NCBI GenBank assembly: GCA_049288955.1
Contig: JBAQIS010000021.1
Location: 22,364 to 86,363, forward strand
Direction: 5' to 3'
Length of the DNA: 64,000 nt
DNA from: Candidatus Saccharimonas aalborgensis
Lineage (GTDB): Bacteria > Patescibacteriota > Saccharimonadia > Saccharimonadales > Saccharimonadaceae
The stretch's first letter is position 1; every line of letters begins with the position of its first letter. Below are positions 29,389-38,285 of the stretch, one piece after another. The notes beneath the pieces were generated by a model. That model was given only the letters and a program-made list of their open reading frames with translations. It was not told the origin of the DNA and ran no database searches. The translations under genes were made by a program, and so were the position numbers.

Positions 29389-29559
29389 AACACCTCTCCC
29401 TACTCTCTTTGTCTATAACTTGTTTTAGTATAGCGTACCCGCATGCTTCGCTTCGGCGTAGATTTTACAATACGAAAAAGGCCACCGAAATGGCTCAGGC
29501 TGAGATGCTCATACTTAAGCTATCTCGGCGAACCTTTTTCGGTGGCTCTATTATTTTTG

Positions 29560-30075
29560 TTACAGTGCCGCTTCAACCGCCGCCCAGGTTGCGTCGGGAT
29601 TATCCTCGGGGATGATGATAGTTACTTGGTCGCCGATATTGATGCGGAAGTACGTCACGCTAGCGAGCAAGATACGGTATTCTCTGGCCTGAGCCTCGAC
29701 ATAGTAGGCGCCATCGTGCTGTGTCAGTGTGCCAATGATTTGTTTACGAGGGATCGGGCCGATTTGTTTGTAGATAAAACCGCCATCGTCTGCGATGGTA
29801 AGTTTTAGGATGTCACCTTCAACGAGCTTTGATTTGCTTGCATAGTTTGCTGGCACGGGGTAGCTCTTGCCGTCGGGGCCAATCATAACCTGTCCATCAA
29901 AGACACCTTCGACTACTTTACCGCTCACCTCTTCGCGGCTATTGGTCGGTGTGACGACATTGCCGTCATCACCGATGATGCTGATGAGGAGCTCTTTGGC
30001 AGCGGCAAGGTTTGTCTCCGCCTCTGTAATAAGCGACTTTAGTCGCTTGACTTGTTTTTCTGGTAACTCAGACAT
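29560..30075 (-). CDS. Hypothetical protein
   Basis: 171 aa; N-terminal coiled-coil then beta-rich region; no motif recognised. Confidence 0.55.
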   Translation of the reverse strand: MSELPEKQVKRLKSLITEAETNLAAAKELLISIIGDDGNVVTPTNSREEVSGKVVEGVFDGQVMIGPDGKSYPVPANYASKSKLVEGDILKLTIADDGGFIYKQIGPIPRKQIIGTLTQHDGAYYVEAQAREYRILLASVTYFRINIGDQVTIIIPEDNPDATWAAVEAAL

Positions 30076-30287
30076 ATTAGTTCTCGCAATCCTTGTCTGT
30101 TTTGGGTAGTAATACCCTCATTATATACTGCGTGGCGCGCGTAGTGTCAAGACTTTTTCTTTCCACAGGCCACTGAGAGGTCGTGATAATTTCGTTGTAA
30201 GAAAAACAAATATAAAAATATTGATACGAAAGAACCGCCACCGATGAACAACCGAGGGCGGTTCTTTCAAGGGCAGCGGCGAGTGAC

Positions 30288-30536
30288 CTAGGGCAGCATA
30301 TGCTCGTATCGCTGCTCTAGCCAGTAGATGCCAGACGCGACGCTATTGCCGGCGACAAGGCCGGTCGCAACTCCGATGAGGAGCGCGATAAGCCAGTTAC
30401 CGACACAGTCAATGCGGCAGACGAGCTGGTAGCCGATAGCGATTGCTGCCACTAGGGCGGTTCCGTCGACAATCCAGTCGTCTCGCCACAGCAGCCATCG
30501 GACAAATCGATGATGCATGACGTGCACACTCCTCAC
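30288..30536 (-). CDS. Small membrane protein
   Basis: 82 aa; two TM helices; followed by the 12-bp stem hairpin GAAAGAACCGCC...GGCGGTTCTTTC. Confidence 0.45.
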   Translation of the reverse strand: MRSVHVMHHRFVRWLLWRDDWIVDGTALVAAIAIGYQLVCRIDCVGNWLIALLIGVATGLVAGNSVASGIYWLEQRYEHMLP

Positions 30537-30586
30537 CTTCTTCTGGGCGATCGAACAGATATACTTACTATATCATGAAATAGTCA

Positions 30587-31582
30587 CTACACAATGTCGC
30601 TTATAGGAGCATTTTGACCGGTTCCTAGGACTACTACATTGGTGTATTCGGCCGCCAACTGGCCCAGGCCAGCGACAGCGACGAGCGTTGTTGGTTCAAA
30701 GTTAGGTGTGTTTTGGCGCAGAAGATCTTGTCTGCTCTGCTCATAGAGCTCTGCTACTCCAAATACCGCCTGATCTGGAACAGTATAGACCGTCAGGTTT
30801 TCGGCCCGTCGACAGAGGTCAAGCGCATACGTGCCGACGTGGGTAACAGCCGATCCGCCATAGCGCTTATTTGGTGCGGTAGCCTCGACGACATGTCCGG
30901 TAGCCAGACTCCGGCTCAAACTATCACTGCCAGCTGCTTGCATGGCGTGCACTTTGACAGTCCCTTTTCCTAATTCTGTCAGCCGCGATACAACTCCGGC
31001 GGTAAGACCAGCACCACCGACGGGTAACACGATATGTTCGACCGATGGTTTTAATTGCAACAAATCATCGACAATAGTGCCCTGTCCCGCAATGACCGAG
31101 GGGTCATCGTAAGGGTGTAGTAGATCACCGCTAAAAGAATCAACATACGGCAATGTATCGTCAAAGTGCCGCCCCCTCGCATAGACACGTAGCAGTGTAC
31201 TATCCCAGAGTCCTCGAAGCCCCTGTTGCTTGAGTTCGGGCGCGGTAGTGGGAACGATAACGGTGGTGGGAAGCCCAAATAGTTCCCCGGCGAGTATGGC
31301 ACCTCGGGCATGATTGCCGGCAGATGGTGCGATAAGCCCGGGTGTTCCCTGGCGTCTCAGGTGATCGGCACCGGCAAGCGCACCGCGCCACTTGAAGGTA
31401 CCAGCGCGGTTTGCGCTTAAATCAAATAGTGTCACACCCTGTAGGCCTAACTCATGCGTCAGATACGGAAACTCATGGGCAAGCGGTTCAACGCTGGGGA
31501 CATCAGCCATGTGCGATCGGTAGCGGCGAATGAGCTCGAGGGCCTCGTTTCCGGTTGTTGCGGGATGGTATTCGTGAACCAA
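30587..31582 (-). CDS. PLP-dependent threonine/serine dehydratase family enzyme (no ACT regulatory domain)
   Basis: 331 aa; PLP-lysine motif AGTFKWRGA; TTG start 7 nt after the AAAGGAGG RBS. Confidence 0.8.
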   Translation of the reverse strand: MVHEYHPATTGNEALELIRRYRSHMADVPSVEPLAHEFPYLTHELGLQGVTLFDLSANRAGTFKWRGALAGADHLRRQGTPGLIAPSAGNHARGAILAGELFGLPTTVIVPTTAPELKQQGLRGLWDSTLLRVYARGRHFDDTLPYVDSFSGDLLHPYDDPSVIAGQGTIVDDLLQLKPSVEHIVLPVGGAGLTAGVVSRLTELGKGTVKVHAMQAAGSDSLSRSLATGHVVEATAPNKRYGGSAVTHVGTYALDLCRRAENLTVYTVPDQAVFGVAELYEQSRQDLLRQNTPNFEPTTLVAVAGLGQLAAEYTNVVVLGTGQNAPISDIV

Positions 31583-31610
31583 GATGATCCTCCTTTCGTT
31601 GCCAAAACAG

Positions 31611-31637
31611 AGAAAAAACCTCGGTCGAGGACCGAGG
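31611..31637 (-). terminator. Intrinsic terminator/attenuator immediately upstream of the dehydratase RBS
   Basis: Minus strand CCTCGGTC-CTC-GACCGAGG followed by TTTTTTCTCTGTTTT. Confidence 0.7.
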
Positions 31638-31667
31638 CTCTGATTTGTCTTTTGTTGATGGTACTAG

Positions 31668-31736
31668 TTATGAGCCAACAGTCCCGAGGGGCGGGTTGAT
31701 GAGAATAATGCTAATCACTACGCTCGAATAACTCAT
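31668..31736 (-). promoter_or_regulatory. Candidate 22-aa Ile/Val/Leu-rich leader peptide ORF
   Basis: ATG...TAA encodes MSYSSVVISIILINPPLGTVGS; lies between the rplL terminator and the attenuator-like terminator; the SD is weak. Confidence 0.35.
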
Positions 31737-31771
31737 GCCTTTAAGCATAGCAAACGAATGCCATATACACA

Positions 31772-31798
31772 AACTACCCCGCATAGTGCGGGGTAGTT
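31772..31798 (-). terminator. rplL terminator hairpin
   Basis: AACTACCCCGC-actat-GCGGGGTAGTT followed by TTTGTGT on the minus strand, 35 nt after the rplL stop. Confidence 0.7.
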
Positions 31799-31832
31799 GA
31801 GAACAAAACAATGATGGTCGAATACGTGTGAC

Positions 31833-32216
31833 TTAGGCGAGCTCGACAGTAGCGCCGGCTTCTTCGAGGGCTTTTTTAGCTGTCTCAGCTTCGTCTTTGC
31901 TTACTTTTTCTTTGATGGGGCTTGGTGCGTTGTCGACAAGTGCTTTCGCCTCGCCAAGTCCAAGACCAGTGATTTCTTTGACTGCCTTGATGACGGCAAC
32001 TTTTTGAGCACCAGCATCCTTGAGGGTTACGGTGAATTCAGTTTTTTCGTCAGTAGCGGCACCTGCATCACCACCGGCAACTGGGCCAGCGGCAACGGCA
32101 ACTGCAGCAGCAGCTGGCTCAATGCCATAGTCGTCTTTGAGGATGTTTTTGAGTTCGTTTACTTCGAGGACCGTGAGCTTTGTCAGCTCCTCGGCCAATT
32201 TCTTTACATCTGCCAT
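31833..32216 (-). CDS. rplL: 50S ribosomal protein L7/L12
   Basis: 127 aa; Ala-rich hinge, C-terminal [16 protein letters not shown]. Confidence 0.95.
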   Translation of the reverse strand: MADVKKLAEELTKLTVLEVNELKNILKDDYGIEPAAAAVAVAAGPVAGGDAGAATDEKTEFTVTLKDAGAQKVAVIKAVKEITGLGLGEAKALVDNAPSPIKEKVSKDEAETAKKALEEAGATVELA

Positions 32217-32267
32217 AACAGAGTTCTCCTTATCGTTTTATTCTGGTAATTCGTTTGGTAAGTGAAT

Positions 32268-32792
32268 CTACGCGGTCGCTTTTGCCTCAACACCATCGAG
32301 AAGCGCATGCAGGTTGCCTGAAAGCGCGTTGGTAACATCGTGTACCGGAGAAAGTAGCTGAGCTACGACTTCGGCAATCAACTGATGTTTGCTTGGTAGG
32401 CTTGCGAGTGCAGTAACATCAGCACTGCTCTGGGCAATACCCTCGCCACTGAAACCGGCGACTAATTCAAGAGCCGGATGAGTTTTTGCAAACTCGTGCA
32501 ATACCTTTGCAGGCATGACTTCGTCGTCAGTGCTAAATGCATAGAGCAGTTGACCAACAAGCGCACTAGTATCGGTGTCTTTGTAGATGTCCTGTGAGCC
32601 CATTGCGACACGGACGAGGCGGTTTTTGACAACCTTGATGGTAACGCCTGCTTCGCGAGCAGCACGCCGCAAGTCTTGGAGGTCTGCGACACTGATGCTT
32701 TGGTACTTGGCGACAGCCGTCCCCTTCGCGTTTGCAAAAAGCTGACTCATTTCACTTACCAAAGCTTGTTTCTTGTCTTTAGAAATTGCCAT
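32268..32792 (-). CDS. rplJ: 50S ribosomal protein L10
   Basis: 174 aa from MAISKDKKQALVSEMS; directly upstream of rplL. Confidence 0.92.
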   Translation of the reverse strand: MAISKDKKQALVSEMSQLFANAKGTAVAKYQSISVADLQDLRRAAREAGVTIKVVKNRLVRVAMGSQDIYKDTDTSALVGQLLYAFSTDDEVMPAKVLHEFAKTHPALELVAGFSGEGIAQSSADVTALASLPSKHQLIAEVVAQLLSPVHDVTNALSGNLHALLDGVEAKATA

Positions 32793-32909
32793 GTGAGTGG
32801 TCAATCCTTTCAGAAGTAAGATCAAATCAGTGATTGGTTAGTGAGCAATTATGACGAGATCCTACGTATTAGCTTTGATATTTTTCGACCATATTGTTAA
32901 GTGACGACA

Positions 32910-33033
32910 ACCTAAGTCTCATTAATTCTCCACTCCAGACAACCGGCCCGCCGCTCACTGATTAGCCTTCGCCTTGGCGGGCCTTGGCCCATCAGGGCCA
33001 ACTGTCTGTCGGAGGAACTGTTGAGATTTAGGT
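32910..33033 (+). repeat. Structured GC-rich repeat, copy A (about 124 nt)
   Basis: Outer stem ACCTAAGTCTCA/TGAGATTTAGGT; core CCACTCCAGACAACCGGCCCGCC...GGCGGGCCTTGGCCCATCAGGGCCAACTGTCTGTCGGAGG shared with copies B and C. Confidence 0.85.
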
Positions 33034-33202
33034 ACGACATTCAGGTAATGAACTAAAAAAGCTTTGGTTCATTACCAAAGACTTGCGGAAAAAGATGAAT
33101 TTCCCCTCGGTAGCGAATTAAGCAATTTCTTGCAGCTACTGTCTTTAGGTAATGTCTAGTCGCTAGTATAGCATGGACGGAGCTACTTTTCAAGTTGCAA
33201 AA

Positions 33203-33329
33203 ACCCGAGTCTCATCCCCTCCCCACTCCAGACAACCGGCCCGCCGCTAACTGAATCAGCCTTCGCTCTTGGCGGGCCTTGGCCCATCAGGGCCAACTGT
33301 CTGTCGGAGGAGGGGTTTGAGGCTTGGGT
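33203..33329 (+). repeat. Structured GC-rich repeat, copy B (about 127 nt)
   Basis: Outer stem ACCCGAGTCTCA/TGAGGCTTGGGT (two G-U pairs on the plus strand only); core 96% identical to copy C. Confidence 0.85.
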
Positions 33330-33356
33330 GTAATATGTGCTATACTACACTTAGAA

Positions 33357-34289
33357 ATGAGCGCTCGTCGGCTAAGCTCCCCAAAGGAGCCACTTCCTCG
33401 TTTTTTTCCGAATTCTGCTCCGGAGACGATAAAAGATGTCATGCGTTCCCCCCTGGTGCTTGATAAACCACCCTTTACGTATCACCCCCTTTCACCAACG
33501 CCACTTGATCCGCATCTCCTCCATATTAAGGGTGGACCACGTTATAACGAGCATGCGCTTAGCTATATGGTTGACGCATCGCGCCAGGTCAGTATGGGTC
33601 GGTTTGCCTCAAATGAGCAGGTGGCAGACTGGATAGGGCATCGACTTGCTACCGTGCCAAATGGTCACGTCAATAGTCTTGGAACAGAGGTGGTAGATAG
33701 CACCTGGATATCGGTTCTCTCGGAGATTATGGCTCAACATGAGCTGAAGCAACATCGTAATGATGCAGCAGTGCGGCTGCTTTTTGATGATACGACCCCT
33801 ATTACTCGAGATGAAGCCGAAGAACTGATGCAGATCAGGGCCGGTATTGCCTCGCCAGAAGTAATCCTCAGGTTTTTTGCCCGGCACCCCGAACTTGGCG
33901 GCGTGGAACTGATGAAAGCAACCCGTGCCTTGCAACCGGAACAAATACGGCAGGCAAGAGATGAGTTTTTGGGTATGCTGGCCACATCATCGGAGGCGCT
34001 CGACATTGAGTTTCTCGATGAGCCTCCCTATCGTCGTATCCAGATTGAAGACCCAAGAATTATCGTGCTCAAGACTCGACTGGCGACCGTGGCGCATAAC
34101 GGTATACTGATGGAAGTCGTGATGCGCGATAGCGGCGTGATTCTTGATCAAGCTCAAGATGACCTTACTACCTCCTACATGACAGGCCGAGACGAGGAGC
34201 GGCGTTCTCTCGTGTATGTTGCGCCCATCGCCATCACTGCTTACGCAAGGATGGCGGCGGTACAGGGTCAGGATGAAGCGAGTAGTTGA
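33357..34289 (+). CDS. Hypothetical protein
   Basis: About 310 aa; the ORF-track start at 33324 lies inside repeat copy B, so the start was moved to the ATG at 33357 (TTGAGG-18-TATACT promoter-like sequence just upstream); start remains uncertain. Confidence 0.5.
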   Translation: MSARRLSSPKEPLPRFFPNSAPETIKDVMRSPLVLDKPPFTYHPLSPTPLDPHLLHIKGGPRYNEHALSYMVDASRQVSMGRFASNEQVADWIGHRLATVPNGHVNSLGTEVVDSTWISVLSEIMAQHELKQHRNDAAVRLLFDDTTPITRDEAEELMQIRAGIASPEVILRFFARHPELGGVELMKATRALQPEQIRQARDEFLGMLATSSEALDIEFLDEPPYRRIQIEDPRIIVLKTRLATVAHNGILMEVVMRDSGVILDQAQDDLTTSYMTGRDEERRSLVYVAPIAITAYARMAAVQGQDEASS

Positions 34290-34912
34290 GATTTTTCTAA
34301 ACGACCGACGATATCGCTGTGAATAGCCTCGATGGAACGGCTAGCGTCGAGTAGAGGAATCTCAAACTCTTTGGCAATTTGTCGATACCCCTCTTGGACA
34401 CGTGTCTGAAAATCCGCCGTTTTTGATTCAAAGGTATCTGGTTTTGCGAGTTTGCCCCGGCTTGCGATACGTTTTTGGCGTGCGGCAATGTCATCAAATG
34501 CTAACACAACACTGAAATCGGGCGACATGTACTGCTTATCGGTGAACGTTGCAGTGATAGCCGAAATAATTGATAGGTCCATGCCCTCTCCGTAGCCTTG
34601 AAATGCCAACGTTGACCAGTAGTTACGGGTGCAAATTACCCATGTGCCGCGTTTGAGCGCAGGTTGGATAACTGCATGCCATAGCTCATGACGATTTGCA
34701 GTGAAGAGCAAAGTATTTGTCATAGGAGTGCGCGGCAACGTTGCATCTAAGATCACACCCCGAATGGCTTCGGCAACTGGTGAGCCGCCTGGTTCCTTGA
34801 TATGGATTGTATCTATGCCGCGTGAATGGAGATAGGTGGCAAGTAGATCGGCCTGTGTCGTTTTGCCAGTGCCATCTTGACCTTCGATCACAATGTAACG
34901 TCCTGCTTTCAC
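34268..34912 (-). CDS. tmk: Thymidylate (dTMP) kinase
   Basis: 214 aa; P-loop IVIEGQDGTGKTTQ; EPGGSPVAEAIR. Confidence 0.9.
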   Translation of the reverse strand: MKAGRYIVIEGQDGTGKTTQADLLATYLHSRGIDTIHIKEPGGSPVAEAIRGVILDATLPRTPMTNTLLFTANRHELWHAVIQPALKRGTWVICTRNYWSTLAFQGYGEGMDLSIISAITATFTDKQYMSPDFSVVLAFDDIAARQKRIASRGKLAKPDTFESKTADFQTRVQEGYRQIAKEFEIPLLDASRSIEAIHSDIVGRLEKSQLLASS

Positions 34913-35631
34913 TAGTTCACTCCCTTTGGCAGCCCCTTGATAGGAGTAGGCATGACACGTGAATCTTTGTAAGCGCGAGGCAGCATATCCTCGGGTTTCC
35001 AGTTTGCAATCAGCTCGTCTAGATTGTCGGTGGATTGATATTTCCCACTCATCCCCTTTCGCCCATCGGCATAGCTTCCAGCGACTGGGCCGGTTTTGAT
35101 GAATACCAACTGACCCATTCGCTCACCGACCGGTAGCACGACGGCCTCATGCTTGTTGAGATTGTAGATTTCGAGGGTAATGCGATTGATGTAGCCGGGG
35201 TCTACCCAGCCGGCATCAAAACAGACGGCCACGCCGTTTCTTCCCCAGGTACTACGGCTACGCACTTCGCAGGCACCACCATGTGCACGGATGCCGACAA
35301 ACTCGTGGGTATGTGCAAGGATGCGTTCACCGGGGCGCAACACGATGATGGGATGGTCGAGGGGGATATTTTTGAGTGGCGTATAGCCATACTGCTTGCA
35401 CCATTCACCGTGTGGCATGGCTTCGAGTGGACCCTTGAAATAGCGAGCAACATCATCTTTGTCGAAGGGATTGTAGACTGAAACGCTCTCATCTACTTCT
35501 TGTTTGTAAAAATAATGCCCCAAGGTAAAATCAAGACTGGCCTCACTGACGTGGTTTTTGTCAAATGGCACGCAGACGATTGTCCCGTCATTGATTGCCT
35601 CAAAAATCTCTGTGTTGCTATACACACTCAT
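34912..35631 (-). CDS. dcd: dCTP deaminase family protein (dUTPase-like fold) with C-terminal extension
   Basis: ASLDFTLG and GWVDPGYINRITLEIYN motifs; start at the second ATG (GGGGAG RBS spacing). Confidence 0.8.
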   Translation of the reverse strand: MSVYSNTEIFEAINDGTIVCVPFDKNHVSEASLDFTLGHYFYKQEVDESVSVYNPFDKDDVARYFKGPLEAMPHGEWCKQYGYTPLKNIPLDHPIIVLRPGERILAHTHEFVGIRAHGGACEVRSRSTWGRNGVAVCFDAGWVDPGYINRITLEIYNLNKHEAVVLPVGERMGQLVFIKTGPVAGSYADGRKGMSGKYQSTDNLDELIANWKPEDMLPRAYKDSRVMPTPIKGLPKGVN

Positions 35632-35650
35632 ACACATACTCCCCTGTCTT

Positions 35651-36454
35651 TTATCTTATTGTAACATGTGTTTTAAGGACGACGATCGAGTGGACTGGTG
35701 ATGGGGTGTGGAACTTCAGCTCCCTCACGAATGCGCTTGATAATGGTGCTCGTTTTCCAATTATCACCAGTTTGGGGATGAGAACGTAGGGGTCGACCCC
35801 ATCGGCGATTAGTACTGGGTTGAGACCGCGATCTCGCGCTTCTTGGACAACTGCGGGTTGTTCGTCAAAGACGACCAGTGTATCGAGCAGCCCGTGACGT
35901 GCCAAAAACTCTGCGAGGATAAGGGATGATTCGAGGCAGGTTTCTTGATGAACCGGATCACCCTCAACGGTGACTAGGTCGATTACGGGAAGAAGTCCAA
36001 TGGTGCTATCAAAGCTATAGCCTGCGACTCGGTTGGCGCGTGTTTCCCATGGATAAATCGGACGCGGTACGCCTCCTTTTGCTTCGACACCACCCTTTTT
36101 TGCTGCAACTTTGTAGTCAGCGTCGACGGTGACGGCAAGTGAAAGTGCGGGTTGCGCAACAGCAGCCTGTAAACTTTCGACCGTGACAGGGTGATTGTGC
36201 GCCTGCAAAAAAGCCCGTGCACCGAGCAAGCGGACGTGCCGTAAATACCATTCATGATTATCGTGCGGGACATCAAAAGCACCATCAACCAGCGTAATAT
36301 GGCTATGACGTATCTCGCGAAGGTGTCGAAATGCGGCAAGCACTACTGCATCCGTATACTCGGGTTCTGGGTAGAGCAGACGCTCGGGCGCACGCAGGGT
36401 CGGCCCAAATACTTCAAATACATCTGGATTTCTATCACCTAACTCACGCGCCAT
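35651..36454 (-). CDS. Cytidylyl/adenylyltransferase-like protein (HldC/TagD-like fold), paralog 1
   Basis: 267 aa; VDGAFDVPHDNHEWYL (compare GxFDxxHxGH), VTVDADYKVAAKKG...RPIYPWETRANRVAGY. Confidence 0.6.
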   Translation of the reverse strand: MARELGDRNPDVFEVFGPTLRAPERLLYPEPEYTDAVVLAAFRHLREIRHSHITLVDGAFDVPHDNHEWYLRHVRLLGARAFLQAHNHPVTVESLQAAVAQPALSLAVTVDADYKVAAKKGGVEAKGGVPRPIYPWETRANRVAGYSFDSTIGLLPVIDLVTVEGDPVHQETCLESSLILAEFLARHGLLDTLVVFDEQPAVVQEARDRGLNPVLIADGVDPYVLIPKLVIIGKRAPLSSAFVRELKFHTPSPVHSIVVLKTHVTIR

Positions 36455-36509
36455 AGCAGTCTCCTCCAGTCACTCTATCGATAGTGCTATGGTACAGATG
36501 ATTTATCGT

Positions 36510-37292
36510 TTAATCAAGGGGGCTGGTGATGGGATGTGGTACGGGTTCACCTTGAGCACGACGAATAAGATCACTACTGCTCCAGGGCCTATCGGTTTGT
36601 GGATTGAGCCCAAATGGTATGTCGTCAGGGTTGATAACGATGGGGTTGAGTCCTGCTTCGGTGGCTTGGGTCAGAGCGGCCGAATGTTCTTTATTGATGA
36701 CAACATTGTCGAGGAGGTCTCTCTCAGCGAGAAATATAGCGAGAGACACAAATGACTCGAGCGCAGTGCCTCGGTGAACGTGATCGCCCTCTACCGTTAC
36801 TAGGTCAGTGGTGGGTACGTAAAGCCCCGATGCTGGCGCAGTTTCAAACGTATAGCCAGCTACCCGATCCGCACGTGCCTGCCATGGATAAATGGGGCGC
36901 TGAACGCCTCCTTTTTCGGCAAATCCACTCTTTACATGGGCGACTTTATGATCTGCGTCGACGGTGATTGCAGTGATAACGTCAGGAGAAATAAGCATAT
37001 TGCGCACCATATCGGGAGTTGGCTCAATGCCTCGTGCTATGAGTGATGCAGCAGCGCCAAGGGCTCGCGTATGGCGAACCATCCATTCGTGGCCGTCGTG
37101 TGGTACGTCAAAAGCTCCATCCGCAAGAGTGATATTGGTATGATCACTGCGTCGACGGAGTGAAGAAAAAACAGCCGTAACAGCTTGGTCGGTCTCTTCT
37201 GGTCTTGGATAGAGTAAACGATCTGGCGAACGAAGGGTTGCGCCAAATACCTGAAATACGTCCCGCTTGTCAGGGGTACCACCAAATGCCAT
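36510..37292 (-). CDS. Cytidylyl/adenylyltransferase-like protein, paralog 2
   Basis: 260 aa; ADGAFDVPHDGHEWMV, ITVDADHKVAHVKSG...RPIYPWQARADRVAGY, C-terminal RPWSSSDLIRRA (compare RxxGxSTTxIIxRI). Confidence 0.6.
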   Translation of the reverse strand: MAFGGTPDKRDVFQVFGATLRSPDRLLYPRPEETDQAVTAVFSSLRRRSDHTNITLADGAFDVPHDGHEWMVRHTRALGAAASLIARGIEPTPDMVRNMLISPDVITAITVDADHKVAHVKSGFAEKGGVQRPIYPWQARADRVAGYTFETAPASGLYVPTTDLVTVEGDHVHRGTALESFVSLAIFLAERDLLDNVVINKEHSAALTQATEAGLNPIVINPDDIPFGLNPQTDRPWSSSDLIRRAQGEPVPHPITSPLD

Positions 37293-37300
37293 AACTACTC

Positions 37301-37756
37301 CTACCGGCTCATCAATATGTGAGGTTTGCGTAAGTATAATACCATATCTATCCGCTTTTTGTCAAGTTTTAACAGATGCGTATGGAGATGTGGCACGGAT
37401 TTTGTAATATTGTCTGGCGAGCGAGTATACAGCGAGTACCCCTCTGACTCATAGGCACATATGAGGTCGATGTATTCGGCGCGCTCGTCATGGTTCATCT
37501 CGTCCATCGAGAGCAGATGGCGCTTGGGCACAATCATGTATTGTTCTCGTACTTTGCATCCCTCCCAGATGTCGTAGCCAAATTGATTATGAGCGAGGCG
37601 AAAATGCTCAAATTCTTTGACTACCTGGGGACTTTCTGAGTTGAATCCACAAAATGCACAGGAGTTGGATTTGACGGTTTTTTTGTATGCCTGGTAAACG
37701 GCTTCATTTTTTGGCTTGCGCGTCATGGGACCGGCCTGGAGAAATCTTCGTTTCAT
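37301..37756 (-). CDS. HIT-family (histidine triad) protein, paralog 1
   Basis: CAFCGF zinc-like motif and VPHLHTHLL triad; start aligned to paralog 2 (MKRRFLQAGP versus MVRPKLQSGP). Confidence 0.75.
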   Translation of the reverse strand: MKRRFLQAGPMTRKPKNEAVYQAYKKTVKSNSCAFCGFNSESPQVVKEFEHFRLAHNQFGYDIWEGCKVREQYMIVPKRHLLSMDEMNHDERAEYIDLICAYESEGYSLYTRSPDNITKSVPHLHTHLLKLDKKRIDMVLYLRKPHILMSR

Positions 37757-37796
37757 TGGCTCCATTGTAGCACTTTTGGTACACTAAAGAGCGACT

Positions 37797-38285
37797 ATGA
37801 AAGAACTCATTGTGGCTTACGATCAAAAACGCGGCATTGGTGCCGACGGTGATTTGTTGTGGCAGCGTGATTTGCCAGGAGATTTAGCCCATTTCAAACA
37901 AATGACGATGGGGAGCTCACTCGTCATGGGTCGTACTACTTATGAGTCAATCGGTCGGCCACTGCCTGGACGAGAAATGATCGTCGTGACGCATCGTCCT
38001 CTCGATGACGAAGGAATTATTGCGGTTCATAGCCTTGCCGAGGCATATACGAAGGCTTCTAGGGAGCGAACGGTGGTGATAGGTGGAGGTCAAATCTATG
38101 AGCAAGCGCTTCGAGAAGGCAGCATTGAGCGTATCCACGCCACCGAGGTCGCGGCAACGTTCCCCGGGGCGACGGTATTTTTCCCAGTACTTGACGCAAT
38201 GTGGCATGAAACGACTCGCGAACATCACGGGTCGAACGAACATGACCGCTATAGTTACGATTTTGTTACCTACGAGCGATCCTAG
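37797..38285 (+). CDS. folA: Dihydrofolate reductase
   Basis: 162 aa; GIGADGDLLW, MGRTTYESIG, VIGGGQIYEQ. Confidence 0.9.
   Translation: MKELIVAYDQKRGIGADGDLLWQRDLPGDLAHFKQMTMGSSLVMGRTTYESIGRPLPGREMIVVTHRPLDDEGIIAVHSLAEAYTKASRERTVVIGGGQIYEQALREGSIERIHATEVAATFPGATVFFPVLDAMWHETTREHHGSNEHDRYSYDFVTYERS

Noticed and set aside
32910-33329. The repeat could be read as integron attC/VCR-like sites: ~125 bp with imperfect dyad symmetry and ends loosely matching RYYYAAC/TTRRRY.
   Set aside because: There is no intI or attI in the window, the copies do not bracket successive promoterless cassettes, and the core-site match is imperfect (no leading G). It is kept only as an alternative hypothesis inside the finding.
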